From contig OX597816.1 in assembly GCA_951406725.2 (NCBI GenBank), positions 129,270,001 to 129,334,000 of the forward strand: DNA of 64,000 bases, read 5' to 3'. The DNA comes from Octopus vulgaris (taxonomy: Eukaryota). Made by a program: the position numbers and the translations under genes. The notes under the pieces are model-generated. The model had not been told where the DNA came from. It did no database searches and saw only the letters and a list, made by a program, of their open reading frames with translations. How positions within the stretch are numbered: position 1 is the stretch's first letter; each line of letters begins with the position of its first letter. This document shows positions 40,727 through 54,546 of this stretch, one piece after another.

Positions 40727-40780
<54 letters not shown>

Positions 40781-40907
40781 TATCTATGTTCATACACACA
40801 AATTTATATATATATATACACTCATTTATTCATTCATGCATATATATGTATGTGTGTGTGCATGTGCATGTATGCATATGTGTGTGTATGTGTGTACATA
40901 TATAGAC

Positions 40908-40940
<33 letters not shown>

Positions 40941-40949
40941 TATATACAT

Positions 40950-40988
<39 letters not shown>

Positions 40989-41294
40989 TATTTATACACA
41001 CACACACATATATATATATATGTACAAACACTCACACACACAAATACATATACACCTAAACATGCAGCTGTATTGCCATACATATACATACATGCTTTGC
41101 ACATACGTCATCACATTTGTACTCATATACTTGCATGCTCACAAGCACTTGTATGTCATGCAAGGATGTGTTGAAGTCATTATCAGAAGAGAAAGATAAT
41201 GGAAGTACATTGCGGTGGAAACTGAGATAGAGGAGGGGTTTTCTTTTATGAATGAAACACATGTGCACACACAAACACACACGTATATATACAG

Positions 41295-41342
<48 letters not shown>

Positions 41343-41719
41343 TAGATAGATATATATATATATATATGTATGTATGCATGTATATGTGTGTGTGTGTGCA
41401 TACATATATATATAAATATATATATATAGACACACATACATATACATATACATATATATAAATATATACATACATATTCATATATATATATATCTGTGTA
41501 TGTGTGTATGTATGTATATATATATATATATATATACACACATAATATGCACATACATACATATCAAGTACACATGCATATACATACATGCATACTTATA
41601 AACATACACACACACACACACACACATACACACACATACATATTTATATAGAGAGAGGGAAAAGAAGAGAAAAATGGCAGGAAAATGTGTATGTGTGTGT
41701 GTGTATGTATATGCATATA

Positions 41720-41767
<48 letters not shown>

Positions 41768-42019
41768 ATATATATACACATACATACATATGCATATGTA
41801 TGTGTGTGTATGTATGCATGCGTATGTGTATCTATACAAAAGAGGAGGGGGAACAGAAACAATGGGCGTAGAGAGGAAAATGAGTGATAGAGTATGTTGG
41901 TATTAAAATGTGAAAGTAGAAAGAAAACAAGAGTTGCTCAGAAATGAAGGATGTACTATTAATAAATGGACTATTTTAAATTTATTTGTATATATCATTA
42001 TTATTTCTTATTTCCAATA

Positions 42020-42037
42020 ATGCTGCTGCTACTGCTG

Positions 42038-42086
<49 letters not shown>

Positions 42087-42335
42087 ATGCTGTTGCCTCT
42101 TCTGGTGCTATTACTATTGCTACTGCTGTTTCTGCTAAATAGTGTTGATGCTACAGCTATTCCTGCTGTGGTTGCTGCTGATGCTGATGCTGTTGTTGTT
42201 GTTCCTACTGTTCACAGTTATGGCTGCAGCTGTTGTTATTTATATGTTTTAAGTATTGGTGTTGTCACTGATATTCTTATGGTTATCATTATTGTTGTTG
42301 TTGTTGTTGCTGCTGCTGCTGTCCCTGCTGCTGCT
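42020..42335. repeat. (TGC)/(TAC)/(TGT) trinucleotide repeat region
   Basis: Direct reading. Confidence 0.9.
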
Positions 42336-42617
42336 GAGGCAGCGAGTTGGCAGAATCGTTAGCACACTGAACAAAATGCTTAGTGGTATTTTGTCCATCT
42401 CCATGTTCTGAGCTCAAATTCTTTCAAGGTCAGCTTTGCCTTTCATCTTTTCACATTCCATAAAATAAGTACCAGTTGAGTACTGGGGTCGCTGTAATCA
42501 ACCTACCCCTTTCCCCCAAAATTGCTGGTCTTGTACATATTGTAGAAAGGATTACTCTCTTTTTACTCTCTTTTACTTGTTTCAGTCTTTTGACTGCGGC
42601 CATGCTGGAGCACCACC

Positions 42618-42681
<64 letters not shown>

Positions 42682-42836
42682 AGGTGGAGAACTGGCAGAA
42701 TTGTTAACACACTGAATGAAATACTTAGTAGTATTTCACCTGTCACTATGTTCTGAGTTCAAATTCCACCGAGGTCAACTTTGCCTTTCATCCTTTTGAG
42801 GTCGATAAATTAAATACTGTGCCTATAGTAGAAAGG

Positions 42837-42875
<39 letters not shown>

Positions 42876-43600
42876 GGTTAAGGCAGTGAGCTGGCAGAAT
42901 TGTTAGCACGACAGGTGAAATGCTTAGTGGTATTTCATCTGGTGCTACATTCTGAGTTCAAATTCCACTGAGGTTGACTTTGCCTTTCATCCTTTCGAGG
43001 TCAATAAATTAAATGCCAGTGAAACACTGGGGTCAATGTAATCGACTAGTACCATCCTCACCAAATTTCAGGCCTTGTGACTATAGTAGAAAGGATTATT
43101 ATTATTATAGGTTAACATTTGCCTGTCATCCTTTCAGGTTGACGAATTAAGTACCAGTTGCACACTGGGATCAAATGTATTCAACTAACCTCCTCCCCTA
43201 CAAAATGTCTGGCCTTGTAACATTAATAATAAAGAATAATCATTATTGTTGTAGGTTAGTATTTATATTTTCTGAGGTCAAATAATGTTGAGGACAGATT
43301 TTCCCTTCATCCTTTTGGAGTCAATAAAATATAGTACCAACCAAAATAAAAGGGTCAAGTTAATTGAATAAGCCTTCCTGAAACTTTCTGGCCTTGTAAC
43401 TATATTAGAATATTATTACTGTTGTTTATAACATTTAGATGATTTTAGTTCTCATCCTGTGGAGGTCAACTTTGCTTTTCACCTTTCTGTGATTTGCTAA
43501 AATAAGAACCATTAAAGCACTGAGGAACAATTTAAATGACTGTATTACTCTAATCAAAATTTGTGACCATGAATTGATGTCATAAATCATTATGATTATT
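42336..43600 (+). mobile_element. head-to-tail array of ~6 SINE copies separated by (TTA)n
   Basis: Repeated aaggc.g.gagctggcagaat...ttctgagttcaaattc...ttgcctttcatcct...gtagaaaggattattatt. Confidence 0.85.
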
Positions 43601-44815
43601 ATTGTCAACATTAAAATGTTATTGTTGTTCAGTCCTAATTGAGCAAACTTATGAGCAAAGGTGCTCCTGCTACAACTACCCCTTTTTTTTTCCTATGAGC
43701 AGGGAACGTGGATAGTACCACATAGTACCAACATGCCCTTTCTAAGAGAGTGGTAAACATTTGATGAACATTTGGCTGCTATTTCAACCAGGCTGAATGA
43801 CCACATAGAGGCTCCTTCATTTGCTTATGTTGTTGTTGCTATTAATGATGGCTGTCAGAATGATAAAGCACCAAAGTTCTTACTGTATTTAGCTATCTCC
43901 CTTTATAATATGAGTTCTAATCCTGCTGAAATTGTATTAGTCCTTTATCATTATAGGCAATTACTGGAACTGGTTTAATCAACTTTATCTATCTCCACAT
44001 ACCCACAAACCCTCTTCTTCCATTTAATATGTTGCATTGTGACTACCGTAAAAATCATTTTTATTATTGATGCTGCTGTTGTTTTATTTTGAACAGTAGA
44101 ACATATTCTATAATGCAAGTTCATTCTATAAGTTAGAACCATTTTACAGAATGCACTGCTCCCTTCAATTAAGGAATTAACATCACAATTTCCCACATTT
44201 TCATCCCTTTACGAACTCCAGTCTCTAATTCTTGGGTAAAACACAATTATAACTATATCGTTTAACTCCATGTCAACTTTGATATGACCAAAGACATTCT
44301 CAACATGACCATCCTGTCTTTTACCAATATAAAGAGAGGCCAGGACCAAATAATTCAATATGTTCTTATAAGAGCAGGCATGGCTGTATGGTTAAAAAGT
44401 TCACTTCCCAACCACATAGTTTAGGGGTTCAATCCTGCTGAGTGGCGTCCTGGGCTGACCATAGCCTTGTGAGTGGAATATGGTTGGCAGAAACTGAAAG
44501 AAACAGAAACTAAAGGTGGCAAGCTGGCAGAAATGTTAGCACACTGGGCAAAATGCTTAGCAGTTTTTCGTCTGCTGTTATGTTCTGAATTCAAATTCTG
44601 CCAAGGTCGACTTTGCCTTTCATCTTTTCGGAGTCAATAAATTAAGTATCAGTTATACACTGGGGTCAATATAATCGACTTAATCACTTTGTCTGTCCTT
44701 GTTTGTCCTTCTATGTTTAGCCCCTTGTGGGCAATAAACAAATAAAATAGTGAAAGAAGCCCATCGTCTGTGTGTGTGTGTGTGCCCACGCATGCGTGAG
44801 TGAATGTTTGCATGA

Positions 44816-44847
<32 letters not shown>

Positions 44848-45582
44848 ATGTGTTTGTACTTCCTTGTCTTGACATTGTATGGTGGTTATATATAAATAAG
44901 CATCACATCATCATACAAGTGGTGTCCTTCATCTCAAATCTTCCATGAAAACATGTTCAGTCATGCGGGGAATTATTATCTTACCTGGAAACAGGTAGCA
45001 GGTAGCAACAGAGAGGACATCCAACCATAAAAATGTACCTCAAGAAATCTCTTCTAACCTAAGCATGGAAGTGTAGACATTAAAATAACAATGATCATAT
45101 TCTGTTCTAAAATGGTAGGGTGTGATTTTAGGGATATTTAACTGCTATTTCTAGCAGGTTAAATGACCACATAGAGACTCCAAAAATGGCTTGAGTTACA
45201 ATTATTATCTTTGTTGGTATTATTTCTTCTAACACTTTAAATAATTTTATATTGTTGTTGTTTAGCCCCAGGTCATGTAGGTCAAATAGACTTATGATCA
45301 GAGGCATACCACTCATGACCATCTCATCTGTTTAAAAAATATATAAACTACATTATCTAATAAATTCTTCCCTCATTTTTCAACATGGTGAGGTGTTGTT
45401 TGAAAGATTTGGTTGCTGTTTCTAGCAGACTAAGAGCTCATGTAGAAGCTCTCTCTGTTATTGGTTTGATATTCTTGATGTGATTGTTACTTATTGCTGT
45501 TACTGCTTATACAGACACAGCTGCTACTGCTGTTGCTACAATGGTAACGCTTACCTCTCACCATCATCTTCATCATTATTGA

Positions 45583-45614
<32 letters not shown>

Positions 45615-45737
45615 TCACTACCACCGACAGCAACAACATCACAAATACCACCACCACCACTGTCGTCATCATCATCCTCATCATAAATTAGTCAGAGAGC
45701 TGTTTATGTAATAATAGAAGTAACTGCTACAATCACA

Positions 45738-45809
<72 letters not shown>

Positions 45810-46151
45810 CACCAGCAGCTGCAGTAGCAGCAGTAGCAGTAGTTAGTGAGAGAAAATTCCATCAGAAAATTCATATTCATCATTTCATTTACTTTTTTTT
45901 TTTTCTCTTAACTCTTAATGATAGAGATCCGATGAATGATGGACATCAACAACAGCATGTAATCATAACATCCAGCATCCAACATCCATGCTTCAATATA
46001 TTACATCTACAGTTACATGGACAGTCATACACAATAAAGCAGAGGTCTCCAAACACCAGGTCATGACTCTACCAGAGGTCAACTGTGCTTGTCATAAAAA
46101 AATTTTTTTAATCAAAAGCAATGACTAATAATAATAATAATAATAATGATG

Positions 46152-46187
<36 letters not shown>

Positions 46188-47076
46188 TATTCTGCTCAAT
46201 ACCACAGATTTACTCTTCAGTTGTTTGATCTTAACCAGTTGAGCATATCCCTTAGTGGCTGACGATATGTGCATCTCTGATCACGAGCAGAAGTAGTGGG
46301 GGAGCATCATCATCATCATTGTTCGACCATGGTCGAGACAATGGAATTTACCATGCTACGCCAGACTTCATGATCCATCATGGCATTACGGTGGTCCTGT
46401 TGCTGGATGCCTGTATCCCTGGAGAACGTGATCAGAGACAGGACCCGGCAAAGCAGGGGCTGGACCTATATCCGCAGGTATACCATTAGGTCTGGATCCC
46501 TGGGGAAGAGGAACCCTGGTGCAGTTAATTGTAAATTCCATAGTCTTTTCAAATGGCTAATAATGTGTGCGCGCGCCACTACTACACACATTGGAAAGCA
46601 TTGTACAACCAAGTACTAAAGAAGATCTTTCCTCCTCCATGAAACAAAGCTGTTCCCGCTGGACGTCAACCCAGTATTTCTAAGCTACGGACCGAGTGAT
46701 TTATTGTAAGGTTATCTCCCTAGACAGATTGCCTTCACTACGGCTAAGAAGCCCTTTCTACCCCCATAGGGAGAGCATCACAGCCATGTGTTGAGAGGGA
46801 TTCTTTGGGGTTTGAATAATTCACCTCTGAAAACATGGGTGTTTCATTCAACATCCTTAAACAACCCTTATTCAGGGACCTTTTGAGTGGAATGGGTTAC
46901 TCGACCAGAAGAAAATTCTAACTGGGCCCCACCTGCAAGGTCATGTACTGTTTATCTTGATATGAGATCACCATGTTGCACACATATGGTTGTGATGCAT
47001 GTGCCTAGTGTACCCTTATCAGATAGGTAGTCATGATAGGTTTACTGGGCTTCGTATATTTTACCCCAGTGTCACT
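46188..47076. mobile_element. interspersed repeat interrupted by a 459-bp RTE-derived insertion (46310-46768, minus strand) with 12-bp TSD
   Basis: TSD gggggagcatca (46298-46309) / gggagagcatca (46769-46780). On the minus strand the insert ends SRDTGIQQQDHRNAMMDHEVWRSMVNSIVSTMVEQ* followed by (TGA)n. Confidence 0.7.
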
Positions 47077-47134
47077 AAAAAAATAAAATAATAATAATAA
47101 TAATAATAATAACAATGATAACAATAATAATAAT

Positions 47135-47982
47135 GATTTCAAATTTTGGCTTGAGGCTAGCAATTTCAAGGGAGAGGGGTAACTCGATTAAATTGACCCC
47201 AGTGCTCAACTGGCACTTATTTTATCAACTCCAAAACAATGAAAAGCAAAGCCAGCCTTGACAGAATTTGAACTCAGATTGTAAAGACAGACAAAATGCT
47301 GTTAAGCATTTTGCCCAGTATTCTAATGATTCTGCTAGCTTGCTGCCTTAATGATAATAATAATAATGGTTTCAAATTTTGCCACATGGGCAGCCATTTT
47401 GAGGAAAAGGATAAGTTGATTACATCAACCTCAGTGTTTCACTGGTATTTAATTTATTAACCCCCCACAAAAAAGGGTAAAAGGCAAGGTTGACCTCGGC
47501 AGTATTTGAACTCAGAATGTAAAGACAGATGAAATGCCACTCAGCATTTTGCCCAGTGTGCTAACAACTCTGCCAGCCTGCTACATTCTTAATAATAATG
47601 ATGATGATGGAGAAGATTTCAAATTTTTGGTACACGGCCAGCAATTTCAGGGGAAAGGGACACATTGATTACATCAACCCCAGTGTTCAACAAGTACTTA
47701 TCTTACTGACCCCAAAAAGGATGAAAGGCAAAGCCAACCTTGGCAGAATAATGATAATAACAATGGTGTCAAAATTTTGTACAAGACAAGTAATTTCAAA
47801 GTAAAGGAGGCTAGTCGATTACAATGGCCCCTCAGTGCTAAACTGGTACTTATTTTAACCCTGAAAGCATGAAAGGTAAAGTCGGCCCTGATGGAATCTG
47901 AACTCAGAAAATAAAGGCAAACGAAATGCCACTAAACATTTTTTATCCAGCATGCAAATGAATCTTTCAGTTCACTACCTTA
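47135..47982 (-). mobile_element. array of 4 SINE copies (same family as 42336-43600) separated by (AAT)n
   Basis: Reverse-complement matches: gaatttgaactcaga, aggcaa.g..gacct, ttctgccagc. Confidence 0.85.
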
Positions 47983-48012
47983 ATAATAATAGTAATAATA
48001 GTATTTTATCAT

Positions 48013-48312
48013 TTATGCGCCTTTTACAAGCCTAGCCAGGGTCATGGGCCCAGTTTCCTGGTTTCTATGGTGTATATGTACCCTCCAGCTGGATGGGATG
48101 CCAGTCCATCGCTGTGTTACGCAAGAAACAGGAAGAAAGAGTGAGAGAAAGTTGGGGCAAAAGTGTACAACAGGGGTCACCACTACCTGCCAGAGCCTCG
48201 TGGAGCTTTTTAGGTGTTTTTGCTCAATAAACACACATAACGCCCGGTCTGGGAATAAAAAACGCGATCCTCTGACCACGAGTCCACTGCCCTAACCACT
48301 GGGCCATTGCAC
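48013..48312 (-). mobile_element. tRNA-derived SINE
   Basis: Same head and body as the 38300 copy. Confidence 0.85.
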
Positions 48313-48316
48313 TTCC

Positions 48317-48366
<50 letters not shown>

Positions 48367-49037
48367 TAATAATAATAAATAAATAAATAAATAAATAAGG
48401 GAAGATGTGGGACAAAGTAGTGAGAAACGATCTACAGATGTTGGCACTCACAGAGGGAATGACAGAGAACTGAGACTCCTGGTGGTTTGCTGTGCTTGAA
48501 AAGATACATCAAGTTGAGTAAAAGAGTGACTGCCCTTGCATACAGGCTTGTTCCCTGCAACCCTCTCCAGCTGAGCATCATAGGTGCTGGTGCCACATAA
48601 AAAGCACCCAGTACATTCTCTAAAGTGGTTGGTGTTAGGAAGGGTATCCTGTTGTAGAAACCATGCCAAAACAGATATGGAGCTTGAACAGCCCATCAGC
48701 TAGTCAGCACCTGTCAAACTGTCCAACCCATGCCAGCATGGGAAAACAGATGTTAAATGATGATGTTGATGACCGTGGTCATGATCGTGATGTTCATGAT
48801 GATCATGAATACCAACAACAAGAATGAATGGAATCATTGTTCGTTCTTTTATTTGTAAATAATTGAAATAAACTGAACAACTTAAATGGAAGGGACTTGA
48901 ACATTTGTATACCTCTTAAGAATTAGGAAAATAAGATTTCAGGAGTCCAATGCAGAAAAAATACATTAATACAAAGAAATATATAGAATTCATTTTAGAA
49001 TGCTGTCTTCCCCCGTTTCTTCTTCTCTGTCTGTCTC

Positions 49038-49039
<2 letters not shown>

Positions 49040-49119
<80 letters not shown>

Positions 49120-49140
49120 TTTTCTCTCTCTTTCTCTCTC
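49040..49140. repeat. (CT)n microsatellite
   Basis: Direct reading. Confidence 0.95.
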
Positions 49141-49294
49141 CCTATTGTACACTATCTTTTTATCTATTCATGTATTTAGCTGACTAGCTATTTATACTCA
49201 CACATACACACGTTTGTGTTCATATGTGTATATGTGTGAGTATGAGTATATATATATATTTATATACACATATAAACACATACACACATACATG

Positions 49295-49326
<32 letters not shown>

Positions 49327-49439
49327 CAAACACACACACTCACACACTATCAACTGTTACATTTTATCAATGAAAGATGAAAAGACTATCTCACACATCC
49401 ACACCAACCTACCCACAGTAGTTCTAAACATAGAAGCAC

Positions 49440-50300
49440 TAAGCCTAACCAAAGAGAAAAACATTAGAAAACCAAATGAAGTGCCTTTATGCATAAACAA
49501 ACATTTCAGTTATCCACCTTCAATAACAGAGAATCTAGTCAGCAATATAAACCAAATAATTTTACAATGTCTTCTACTGAAACAATATTCAGTGAAGCAG
49601 AACTATTTTACAATGAAGTACTAAAAGTGAGTGAGTTCAAAGAAAAATTAGAGTACATACCCAAAGCAGCACAAACACACAATGAACCAAACAAAACTAA
49701 CTGCTCTACAGCTTAAGCATAACTTCAGATGTTGTGGAAAACTTTCTAATGCTAATCACCAAACACTTCTCAACCATCTATAATTATCACAACTTATTCA
49801 ATAGGAATGACTCAAAAGTCAGCTACAGCTGCACATGAAACCTAAAATATACCATCCAATCCATGAACAGCAATATATCTAAAAACCACAGTCCAAAGCC
49901 AAAGATAGATGTAACTGCAATGGATCAAAATCATGCCTCTTAAGTGAAAATTGCTAAAAAAACAAAAAGAATACATTAACAAGGTAATAGTATTGCAGTA
50001 AGGACTAACCAAAATCGACCACACTGTGGTAACAGGCAGAACGTTCAAAACTTGATACATGCACTACATACATTCATTTCACAATGCTTACAAAAGAGAC
50101 AAAATTTCTCTATCGGAGCACATTTGGGACATAATAGCAGATAATGTAAATATTAATTTAAACTATTCAATAATGGACAAATGCTTCCAAGATATCTCTT
50201 ATGCAACACAAATATATAACAAATAGCACTACAAATATGCTTGCTCAACAGAAGAACTGAGATGCTCTAACATTGCAGACAATAGAAAAAATTCATTTTT
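49440..50300 (+). mobile_element. decayed Penelope-like element ORF (RT thumb, linker, GIY-YIG endonuclease)
   Basis: RKPNEVPLCINKHFSYPPSI; FLMLITKHF...HNLFNRNDSKVSYSCT; RCNCNGSKSCLLSENC; TGRTFKT*Y.H..SF...SLSEHIWDI; LLNRRTEML*HCR. These motifs are characteristic of Penelope ORFs and are broken by stops and frameshifts. Confidence 0.85.
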
Positions 50301-50592
50301 AAAAATTAATCCAGGCTGCAAACAGAGTAAATTAACCCATGAAAAACAATTATAGTTTAGTGACTAAAAGCTTCCCACAATCTATTCAATAGGAATAACA
50401 TACGAGTTTACTACAGCAAAAAAGAATAGCACAGCCAAAAAGAATAGTATATCTCAGCTATAAACAACCAAGAGTGTAGAGTTAGTATTGATATGCTTAT
50501 TGCAGAGGACATCACATACATGAATATGTGTATGGGATGCATGTGTACTATAGGCTTTTTCATTCTCTCTCTGTTATTTTTTTCTTCTGTTC

Positions 50593-50628
50593 ATTCTTGC
50601 TGAAGAGTAAAGGCTCAAAACTTAAAAG
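50593..50628 (+). ncRNA. decayed minimal hammerhead motif (family of 7654)
   Basis: TTGCTGA-A-GAGTaaagGCTC-AAAA-CTT-A-AAAG inside the same repeat body as the 22866 copy. Confidence 0.4.
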
Positions 50629-50843
50629 ACTTTTATATTTTTCATTTTCCTGAGTGTCAAACTAATACACCTGCTTGTTGTTCATATACCTGTCTTCATT
50701 TTTTATTTTTCTATAAATTTCATATGTATATGTATATATATATATAGTTATTCAAAAAAAGAAGAACAAACACAAAAACAACAATATGAGGACGTGGTAC
50801 ATGTAAAGTATTAGCAGACACTCAGGAAAGGAAAAAAAAGATG

Positions 50844-50878
50844 GTTTAACATTTCAAGCAACACTCTCCTTCAGAAAC
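50844..50878 (-). ncRNA. minimal type I hammerhead motif, second family
   Basis: Minus strand: GTTT-CTGAAGG-A-GAGTgttGCTT-GAAA-TGT-T-AAAC. Stem I is GTTT/AAAC. Several deviations look like CpG decay. Confidence 0.6.
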
Positions 50879-52455
50879 AGAGGAAAGTCCAATAGAAAAG
50901 AAGACAGAGGAAGAAAATCGCCAATGATTCACATGTGGTTACATTTTGAAATGACCTGAAGGGAATGGGTGAAGAAAGAGTTCTTTCTAAGACAGGAGAG
51001 GGTGAAAGAAGGAAGTATGTGTGTGTATGTGTGGGTATGTGCATGTGTGCAGGTCTCTGTGTGTGAGTGTGTGTAATAGCACATGTGTGTGCATAAGTGT
51101 GTGTATGTGTGTGGTGTTTGTGTGGTTTTGACTGTTTATATGTGTATGTGTGTGTGTTTTGTGTATTGTGTGTACCTAACTTTATTGTATGTTATTTTTT
51201 CATGCGCATGCACTCTCCCATACACATACATATAGAAATCCATAGAATATATAACTGTTAGAAAGAAAAACTATATATAACACACTGTCTAAATAAACAA
51301 AATTATTCACTCAACATTCACACAGTCAATATCTTAAAAATATTGAGGAATCAATTGAGATTGGTCTGATGAGGAACAAATTTTGGAACTTGAAATTACC
51401 AGCCTTTTGATTAAAAGAAATTAACACAAGACCAGATTTTTCAAGTGTTACCTTTACTTTAATTAATCTCAAATATAAATGAGCTTTCCTCCAATGAAAA
51501 CAACAATTTTATTTGACAATCTAAACTATATATTGCCTATAGAACAAATCAGATGAAAGAGAAAGAGAAATTTCCTAATTATTTTATCTCAACATGTTAA
51601 AGTTGTATACATTTGGCAATATATAATTTTTTTTAACACTTTTATGCTTTGTTTCATTTTTGATCCTTCTTTTCTTGCTCTGTTTTTTTTCATTCCAATA
51701 AAAGACCAATGCCAAAGATTTCAAATATTTGTTCTTTTGCATAAATCACTTGTTGTTCTTAACCAGATTCTTGTTAAATTCCACAGGCAAAGTTATAGCA
51801 TTATTAAAAAGAATATAAAAGGTTTTTTTTTCCTTAAATTTTTTTATCATTGTGGTTGGGAATTAATACAAATATTATTCAACAATTATTAAATGTAAAT
51901 AGTAATTTATTATATTTTTAGAAATTCAATTTCTGTGAGGCTAAGATGATAATGAGCTACTGTCTTCAAAAACATAAATTCAAACTTTGATATTGTTGCA
52001 CCATTGACGTGCTCTTAGCTCAAGGTACATAACTCTGCTTGCTTCAGTTTACATGACTGGTATTAGGTTCCACTCTTATGCCACATGTGAACAGTTAGTG
52101 ACGGGAAAAATATCAATCACCCACCCATCTACCAAAAAATATCAACCACCCAGCTACCTACCAAAAAATGTTCCATCTTATTTCATTTTCTTCAAAAAGG
52201 ATTAAACAAAAGCTTTCTTTCTATGTAAAACAGATGTGCAGGCCCAGGTGTGGCTGTATGGCAAAGAAGCTTGCTTCCAAACCATGTGGTCTTGGGTTCA
52301 GTCTCACTGTGCTGCACCTTCAGCAAGTGTTCTCTACTATAGCCTTGTGAGTGAATTTGATGAATGGAAACTGGAAGAAGCCCGTTGCATATATATATAT
52401 ATATCATTTGCCATGATAGATCGGTACCCACTACACACAATTTCTTTCTGTGTTC

Positions 52456-52491
52456 CTTTCTGTGGAAGAGTATAGGCTTGAAACTTCAAAG
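52456..52491 (+). ncRNA. decayed minimal hammerhead motif (family of 7654), inserted in the TA tract of a SINE
   Basis: CTTT-CTGTGGA-A-GAGTatagGCTT-GAAA-CTT-C-AAAG. Confidence 0.5.
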
Positions 52492-52696
52492 ACTTTTTCA
52501 ATTCCTGAGCGTTATACTAATACATCTGTTTGTTTTTTACACCACCTGTCTTCGTCTTTTGTTTTTTTCATGAATTCACCCCCTATATATATATATAATT
52601 TATACCGAAATATGGTCCTTTTCCATACCAAAATACTACTAGGTGAAATTTGTTGATTTTATTAAATTAATTATATTTCACCTTATATCTATAATG

Positions 52697-52737
<41 letters not shown>

Positions 52738-54484
52738 AGTGAATTCGTTGGTCTATTTCCATCCCTGTAACAAAGTGATTCAGCAAATGAGACTCGTTGA
52801 AGTACCAGGCTTAAAAATATAAGTACTGAGGTCAATTTGTTCAACTAAGCCTTTTGAGACAGTCCCCCAGTATGGCCCCATTTTAATGATTGAAACAAGT
52901 AAAAGAAACAAATGTTGTAGCTACGGTCCTCCTTAATATTGTTGTATTTTGATACCCTTACAAGGATATTTTTTTTCTTTTAATTTTTGACAATGTATAA
53001 AAACTGCGGATGCAAGAATAGATTATCATTACAATTCATTAAACAGGAAATATAGTGTTTATTTGATGTATTATTTACTCATTTGGAAGATCACAAACAT
53101 ATGGCCTGGTGCTCCTTGTAATATTACTCTAGCTGCCAGCATCTTCAGCAAATCTCTAGGTGTAGCCTTCCTTTTTTTAATCAACTACTCAAATTATTTA
53201 CTTTCATCCAAAATAGAACTGATCCTCTCCTGATAGTAAACATTTCAAAATCTCAAAGCCTTATTTTCTTTAAGCCATTTTATTCTATCCGACATTAGTA
53301 TATCATAATACTCACTGTTAAGATTTCTGTCAAGTTCCATCACATCACTCCACCACAACCAACACTTTGCAAATTCCAGTCTCCCAGTTTCCAGAACTCT
53401 CTCAATTCCTCTCAACCAAAATATATTTCAGATTTCAATCTATATCCTTTCAAACAGCACATTACACACATCAATATAAATCTTAACATTACTTCGACGT
53501 GTCACTTTGAAATTCTCCATCCAAATGTATTTTCCTCTCAATAGGATTATAAATTGAAAGAAAAATATTAAATACATCAAACAAGCTGAAACATATCCAT
53601 ACATACATCCTTCTCCCTCTCCTTGTCTCTCTGTCTCTCTTTAAGATCTATCTTTTATTTTTTACCTGTTTCAATCATTTGACTGTGGCCATGCTGGGAC
53701 ACAGCCTTGAAGGGTTTTAGTTGAACAAATCGCCCCCAGTAGTTTTTTTTTTTTAATACCTGGTACTTATTTTATCAGTCTCTTTTACCAAAACATGAAG
53801 TTAAGGGGATGTAAACACACCAACACTGGTTACCAAGTGGTGGGGGGACAAACACATACAAGGACATACACAGATATATAAATATATATACCATGGGCTT
53901 CTTTCAGTTTCCATCTACCAAATCCGCTCACAAGGCTTCAATCAGCCCAAGGCTATAGTAGAAGACACTTGCCCAAGGTGCCATACAGTGGAACTCAATC
54001 CAGAACCATGTGGATGGGAAGCAAGCTTCTTAACATACTGCCGCGCCTGCACCTATGTCTCTTTTTTTTATGTTTTTTTTTCTTCTCAAAAGATTATCAT
54101 CAGCTCAAGGGTTGATATAACCTTTCTGATTTGTAAAATGTCTTAGATAGCTTTTAAGATATTTACTACTTTATAGACACTTTATATTTTCTGTTTTTCA
54201 ATTAATGGAGCTGAATGAAAACAGTCTACAGTTTCACATTTTACATTCTCTTTTATTCTTTTACTCTTTTACTTGTTTCAGTCATTTGACTGTGGCCATG
54301 CTGGAGCACCGCCTTTAGTCAAGCAAATCAACCCCAGGACTTATTCTTTGTAAGCCTAGTACTTATTCTATCGGTCTCTTTTGCCAAACTGCTAAGCTAC
54401 GGGGATGTAAATACACCAGCATCGGTTATCAAGCAATGTTGGGGGGGCAAACACAGACACACAAACACATACACACACACACAT

Positions 54485-54546
<62 letters not shown>

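Noticed and set aside
51360-51402. ttggt-CTGATGA-gg...ctt-GAAA-tt-accag hammerhead-like string
   Set aside because: Core words and a possible stem I are present, but stem II barely pairs and stem III is missing. At best a very decayed relic.
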